A stretch of 64,000 nt of DNA from Andalucia godoyi And28. Taxonomy: Eukaryota; Protista; Jakobida. Below the pieces are notes generated by a model. It had not been told where the DNA came from. It ran no database searches and saw only the letters and a list, made by a program, of their open reading frames with translations. Where the stretch lies: the NCBI GenBank assembly GCA_009859145.1, contig VRVR01000053.1:124001-188000 (forward strand), written 5' to 3'. A program made the position numbers and the translations under genes. Below, in pieces: positions 59,263-64,000 of the stretch (positions within the stretch are counted from its first letter, which is position 1; every line of letters begins with the position of its first letter).

Positions 59263-62013
59263 TCAGAAGAAAAACGCAGAGCAATCGTGAGATGAGAATG
59301 GCAGAGTTGGGACAGAAGACTGCGGCATCAGCATCGAAGAAGGATTGGGAAGACTGTGCGAGCGAAATACCCCCGGGCCGCTCATAAACCTAGTGCGGTT
59401 GACGGCTGACGCAGACATCTTGCTGTCTAGATCAAACAACGACGAACGTCCAAAATAGCCATCATCGACCATGGTCTCATTTGATTGGTCCAAGTCGTCG
59501 AGCGCGTCGAGATCATCGCCAACACTGAGATCGGCATCCGGAGGGCTGCTCATCGAGCTTTCAGTCAGACCGTCATCGTCGTGGACCGATTGACCCGTCA
59601 AGAACGACACGGAAATGGGGGGATGGGAAAGGGAACCAGGCGGGGAAGCGGAAACGCGGCCTTGATGTACAGCATGCGATGCGCCACTCGCACTGGAAAG
59701 TTTCGAGGAATACGAGGTCCCAGTTGATGAGACACTCGATGCTCCGGAAGAAATTACGGAAGAATTGGAAACGAAGGAAGAGACACTGCTCGTGGACAGC
59801 CGCGGGTTCGGCGACGGAGGAACGCATGTCTCATCTTCGTCCGGAAGCCTCATTTCCGAGTACTTAGCCTTTTCGTCACGCGACATGCCCTTCCAACGAT
59901 TTGCTGCTGCTGTCGACATCTCCGAAATCGAACACTTTTCATTCATCTTCTTGTATTCGACATAAAAGAGTCTTTGGAATCGATTGTACGCGTTTAGCGG
60001 CTTCTTTGGCTTCGCTCCATCTGACCCGGCGACAGAGGAACGGCGCGCAGCAGAAGGAGTTGTGGGTGTGGAAGGATCGTCGAAAGGAGATGCGGACACC
60101 GAAGGTCCGAGCGACACGTTGCGAAACAAGGGTGTCAGTGGCTGTTGAACTGCTGGGCTGACAGGAAGTGAAACAGATGAATCGGCAACACCCACAGACG
60201 CGGATAGCATGGGTGCAGAGGCCGTGCGTCCCAGAGCCGAAGAGGTTGTCAAAATAGGAAGAGATACAACATCCCGTTTTCCCATCTTTGTTGTCAAAAT
60301 GGGCGATAATGCCGGCTTTGTCGAGGCAGCGATTCCCGATGTCGTGCGAATTCCACTGATGACATTCGCAGTTGACGCTCCTGGATGTGAAGAAGACGTT
60401 CCAGCGCTGCCGGCATTCGTCATCGTCGTCGTCGTAGGAGCAGTAAGGGTAGCAGTAGAAAAAGGAGGAGTAGATACAGAGCCACCGGGATGTGAAACGA
60501 CGGAGATGTTCAAGTGGATTGTCTGGCTTGGAGGGGACGTGCTCGTCGAGGACAACGGCAACTTGGCAGCAGTTACAATCGGCAACACAATGGAATTCGA
60601 TGTCGTGGTGTGCGAGTCAAACGCTAGATTCAGCGACGGATGCTCGGTTACCTTGAGCGGTGAAACCGAGGACTGGCTTGCGTTCGTCGGTGAGGACGAA
60701 GTATTTGATGGTGACGAAGAGGAAGACGTCACCAGGGATGAGCATTCCGACGATAGGCCAGCTCCCACAATGGAAGCAGGCGGCGCATGTGCAGATACTG
60801 AGGAAGACACCGGAACAACTGGCAGCATGACGACAGACGGTGCATGCGCAGCCTCCGACTCTCCTGTGCAGACAGAGCCATTTGAAACAGCGGCTTGCAT
60901 TTGCTTTTGCAACTGCGATTGCTGCTGCTGCTGCAGTAGTAGTAGCTGTTGTTGTTGTTGCTGCTGCTGCTGCTGCAAGAGAAGAACTTGTTGACGCTGC
61001 AATTCAGCAGCCTCGACGGCATACCGCTGTCGCTCTTCTGCCGATAAGGATCTCCACTGGCTTCCCATGAGTCTGCAAATTTCAAAGAGCGACATTTCCG
61101 GATGAGCGACCTTCACCTGATCAAACTCCTGTTTGAAAAAGACGTTATAAGCATTGAGGGGCTTTTTCGTCTTTTCTTCCTTTTCCTTGTGGCCCTTTTC
61201 GTGGCCTCCAGCAGACGACGACGTCGCAGGCAATCCACAATGACACATCCCGTTTTCTCCGACGACGCATTTGCTATTTCTATCTTCTTTATCCTTCTTC
61301 TTGGAAGACGAAGATGGCGAAATGGACACGTTTTCGAGCCGCGCACCAACAGAACCAGTGGACGATGACGATGCAGTACGCTTCGATTGCGGAGGCGACG
61401 GAATTATCGTGTTTGTTTCTGGAAGACACAGCGGCATGTGATCCGAGACAGACGAAATCGATCTCTTGCGACCGCTATTAAGGGCATTGCTACCAATACT
61501 ACAGACGCTACTGTTACTGCTGACGGTGGAACCATTGAATGAATAAAGAGCAGAGGATGAATGCGAGTTATTCAACGCCGCCTTCTTTCTCAACAAGAAC
61601 GATGTGTCCGGCAGCGAGCTTCCCAACAACCCACTGGAATTCGTTGGGGAAACACCCCCGGGTCGCATGACCGCGGCCGACACAGCACTTGACGATGGTA
61701 CTGATACAGCTGATGACGGAAACGAGCCATTTTCAAAGGACCAGTTCCACGGTCCGCTATCTTCTTCCGACGTAGTAGGCTGTGGAGAAGGCGAAGACGA
61801 CGATACGGATGAAGAAGAAGAAGAAGATGATGATGATGAGGACGAAGAAGAATAGGAGGAGGAAGAGGAGCAAGCAGACCGGCTTAAAGAAGCAGGCTGC
61901 AGATTGAGATTCATATGCAGATGGAGGTGGTGTGGGGTTTCATGGGGAACGCCGAAATCCACCGAGTCCGGGACAGGAGAATCAAAGAACAAATCCACCG
62001 ATCGTCCATCCAT
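59263..62013 (-). CDS. HMG-box DNA-binding protein (two HMG boxes, Ser-rich, polyQ)
   Basis: KKPLNAYNVFFKQ...LMGSQWRSLSAEERQRY and KPKKPLNAYNRF...AANRWKGMSRDEKAKY. ATG at 62013. Confidence 0.9.
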   Translation of the reverse strand: MDGRSVDLFFDSPVPDSVDFGVPHETPHHLHLHMNLNLQPASLSRSACSSSSSYSSSSSSSSSSSSSSSVSSSSPSPQPTTSEEDSGPWNWSFENGSFPSSAVSVPSSSAVSAAVMRPGGVSPTNSSGLLGSSLPDTSFLLRKKAALNNSHSSSALYSFNGSTVSSNSSVCSIGSNALNSGRKRSISSVSDHMPLCLPETNTIIPSPPQSKRTASSSSTGSVGARLENVSISPSSSSKKKDKEDRNSKCVVGENGMCHCGLPATSSSAGGHEKGHKEKEEKTKKPLNAYNVFFKQEFDQVKVAHPEMSLFEICRLMGSQWRSLSAEERQRYAVEAAELQRQQVLLLQQQQQQQQQQLLLLQQQQQSQLQKQMQAAVSNGSVCTGESEAAHAPSVVMLPVVPVSSSVSAHAPPASIVGAGLSSECSSLVTSSSSSPSNTSSSPTNASQSSVSPLKVTEHPSLNLAFDSHTTTSNSIVLPIVTAAKLPLSSTSTSPPSQTIHLNISVVSHPGGSVSTPPFSTATLTAPTTTTMTNAGSAGTSSSHPGASTANVISGIRTTSGIAASTKPALSPILTTKMGKRDVVSLPILTTSSALGRTASAPMLSASVGVADSSVSLPVSPAVQQPLTPLFRNVSLGPSVSASPFDDPSTPTTPSAARRSSVAGSDGAKPKKPLNAYNRFQRLFYVEYKKMNEKCSISEMSTAAANRWKGMSRDEKAKYSEMRLPDEDETCVPPSPNPRLSTSSVSSFVSNSSVISSGASSVSSTGTSYSSKLSSASGASHAVHQGRVSASPPGSLSHPPISVSFLTGQSVHDDDGLTESSMSSPPDADLSVGDDLDALDDLDQSNETMVDDGYFGRSSLFDLDSKMSASAVNRTRFMSGPGVFRSHSLPNPSSMLMPQSSVPTLPFSSHDCSAFFF

Positions 62014-62285
62014 CCTGATAACCACACAATGAGAAAACGCTCTCAGCCACACACACACACACACACACGCAGACCAACAGGAGTCCTGACACTTGTCGGG
62101 GAGTGAAAAAAAAAATAATAGAGAGAGGCGAGGCAAGCAGAAGAGAGATGAGAAATATGTAATAAAAATAAAAATAATTATAATATATGAATGAGACAGT
62201 TGATGATGCTGCTGATGATAATGATGACGATGATGAAAAGAAAGAAGAAGAAGGCGAAAAAGAGAAGCGAAGAAGAAAAGAAAAG

Positions 62286-62339
62286 AGAAACAGAAAACAG
62301 AAAACAGAAAACAGAAAACAGAAAACAGAAAACAGAAAA
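62286..62339. repeat. (CAGAAAA)n heptamer tandem repeat
   Basis: About seven direct copies. Confidence 0.9.
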
Positions 62340-62750
62340 AACGGGGATATTTTCGTGTTCGAAATATGCGTAAAAAGAACGAGGGGGGGGTTTCGGGCGA
62401 CAATACAAAAGGGGACTGCACTTTCTCATATTTACATATATATATATATGTATGTATGCATGTATATATATATGTTGCAGAAAACAATTTTTTTTAGTAT
62501 TATTTGTCGGGTGATTTTTTTGGATTTTTTTTGTTCGTTGATGGTCTGTATTTTGCGCCGACAAACCCTAGTTTTTCTTCCAAATCCCTGCCTTACAACA
62601 GATTGTTTTTCTGATGCAGTTCACTGTTTCTTCTCCGTTTCTGGAATCTACAGTATGTATGAATTTGTGAAGCCGAATCAAACTGCCGGTTCGTGTCCGT
62701 TTCCCTTGTCTTCTCTTCTGACGGGTAGGGGGTGGTGGGTGGTTGCTGCT

Positions 62751-64000
62751 ATGAAAAACTGGGAGCGACTCGTTGGGAAAGCAGTCTCGATTGGGATTGA
62801 CAAGCTGCTTCTGGCCCGGGAAAACCCGCCATCAGATGCAAAAAATGTAAGGTTTCAGGCAGAGAATGACTCTCGGAACTTCTTTGATATTGTTCGTGAA
62901 ATCACAACAAAGAATCCAGCCACAAACAGCCATCATCATCATCGTCTTGGCGGCAACCGTGGTGATGACGCAGATGAAGATGAAGACGAAGAAGCGGGTG
63001 GCGGTGGTGGTGATATCACGAGACTTGCTTCTTCTTCTCCTGCTCCATCGTCTGCGATTGATTCTTCGCTGGATGCGGAACAGCGCAGAGAAAAGTTGCT
63101 CATGAAGACGAACCGTCGGAAAAGAACGGATCTCGTCGACGACGGTGATGTGTATGTGCTGTGCACACACGGAATTCCACATGCGTTCATTTGGAATTTG
63201 GCCTTGAAAAAGGCACGGCAGGGCGCGACGAAGCAATTCGAGCTGCGGAATGAAGGCCGGCCGAGAGAAGTCAGGCCGCATGAATCTGTTATGGAGGCGT
63301 TCTTTTTGTTTCGGTACGCCAGTTTGAGAAAGTGCCTGGCGCAGGTGACATCGTCCAAGAGGTCTTCTGCAGTCCTCGGCTCCTTTCTGCACTATATCAT
63401 ACTGGACATCTTCGGCGACTCGCTCCCACAGTCAGTCTTCCAGGAAAATTCGAGCAGCGGTTTTTCCACGGAGGAAGCGGTATGTGCTGAGGGCAGCAGG
63501 TCAAGGTCCGCGCCACCGCTACCACTTCACCCATCACCACCAGCAGCAGTCCTGGCTTCACGCAAGAAAGAGGTGCTGGGCCACGCCCTGGACCGTCTTG
63601 CAAAGTACTACACCATCTTCTTCCAGTACGTACATGACGTGTGTATGAAGGTCATGCCACCGCCACAGAGCAGAGCAGCGGTGCTGACACCGTCGTCGGC
63701 GTCCGATTCGATCCTCGAGTGGTACCCTTTTCTACTGGCGCATGCTACATGTGAATCTCTTTTGGTGGTCTTTCCGGGCGAATCGGTGTCTGCAGTGATT
63801 GACAGACCAACTCAGATGCGAGTCTTTGCAACTTCCTTGTCGCTGCTGAAGGGCTTGATTCCATCGACGTCCTTCGTTTTGGAACGCCGCTTAGACTTGT
63901 TTGGGCCTGTCGAAAGCTTCGAGCCGCTTCCTCCGGCCATCCGACTCTTCCACCTCAAGGACAAATCAGACCTGAAAAAATCGCAGGAGGTCAAGTTTCA
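62751..64000 (+). CDS. FAM227-like protein, 5' part (runs off window end; not in ORF track)
   Basis: Manual translation gives an open frame from ATG 62751 to the window end. ALDRLAKYYTIFF...SILEWYPFLLAHATCESLLVVFPGES...SLLKGLIPS resembles the FAM227 core (LFDRLSESYV.LF...FF..YP..LAQA....F...FP.S....SG..P). Confidence 0.65.
   Translation, partial: MKNWERLVGKAVSIGIDKLLLARENPPSDAKNVRFQAENDSRNFFDIVREITTKNPATNSHHHHRLGGNRGDDADEDEDEEAGGGGGDITRLASSSPAPSSAIDSSLDAEQRREKLLMKTNRRKRTDLVDDGDVYVLCTHGIPHAFIWNLALKKARQGATKQFELRNEGRPREVRPHESVMEAFFLFRYASLRKCLAQVTSSKRSSAVLGSFLHYIILDIFGDSLPQSVFQENSSSGFSTEEAVCAEGSRSRSAPPLPLHPSPPAAVLASRKKEVLGHALDRLAKYYTIFFQYVHDVCMKVMPPPQSRAAVLTPSSASDSILEWYPFLLAHATCESLLVVFPGESVSAVIDRPTQMRVFATSLSLLKGLIPSTSFVLERRLDLFGPVESFEPLPPAIRLFHLKDKSDLKKSQEVKF

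Noticed and set aside
62014-62487. N-terminal extensions in the ORF track (HMG gene; also 676-732, 12935-13081, 14613-14930, 21185-21481, 32734-32973)
   Set aside because: They come from alternative starts in AT-rich or microsatellite DNA and encode poly-F/H text. The downstream ATGs fit the homologous starts or coding composition better.
1-64000. tRNA or rRNA genes
   Set aside because: None recognised by eye; a tRNAscan/Infernal run would be needed to exclude them.

Overview
A gene-dense, intron-poor eukaryotic genomic window, probably from a flagellated protist (inferred from CFAP20DC- and FAM227-like genes, spliceosomal GTATGT...YAG introns and microsatellite-rich AT spacers; the species cannot be named from sequence alone). 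It uses the standard genetic code. There are about 26 intact or edge-truncated protein genes, mostly conserved housekeeping: NUP93 (partial), RPC5, NBP35, VPS26C, TMEM120, a UBR E3 ligase, CFAP20DC, CTP synthase, mitochondrial IleRS, INO1, RPP14, fimbrin, a SEC14-type protein, UFM1, RalGAP-alpha, URC4, alpha-actinin, a Ulp1 SUMO protease, an HMG-box factor and a FAM227-like gene (partial). The main result does not appear in the ORF track. Three intergenic stretches, read across frameshifts and stops, look like decayed pieces of IS607-type/Fanzor2 (eukaryotic TnpB, RNA-guided nuclease) elements: a TnpA serine recombinase relic at about 3.5-4.1 kb, a Fanzor relic with HTH, RuvC and Zn-ribbon motifs at about 14.9-15.9 kb, and a Fanzor N-terminal relic at about 54.1-54.7 kb. 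The third relic lies in a same-strand accessory block (52.8-58.5 kb) with a bacterial-like serine beta-lactamase-family gene, a secreted stanniocalcin-like protein, an FkbM methyltransferase pseudogene and an alpha/beta hydrolase. All family assignments come from motif recognition by eye; no database searches were run.
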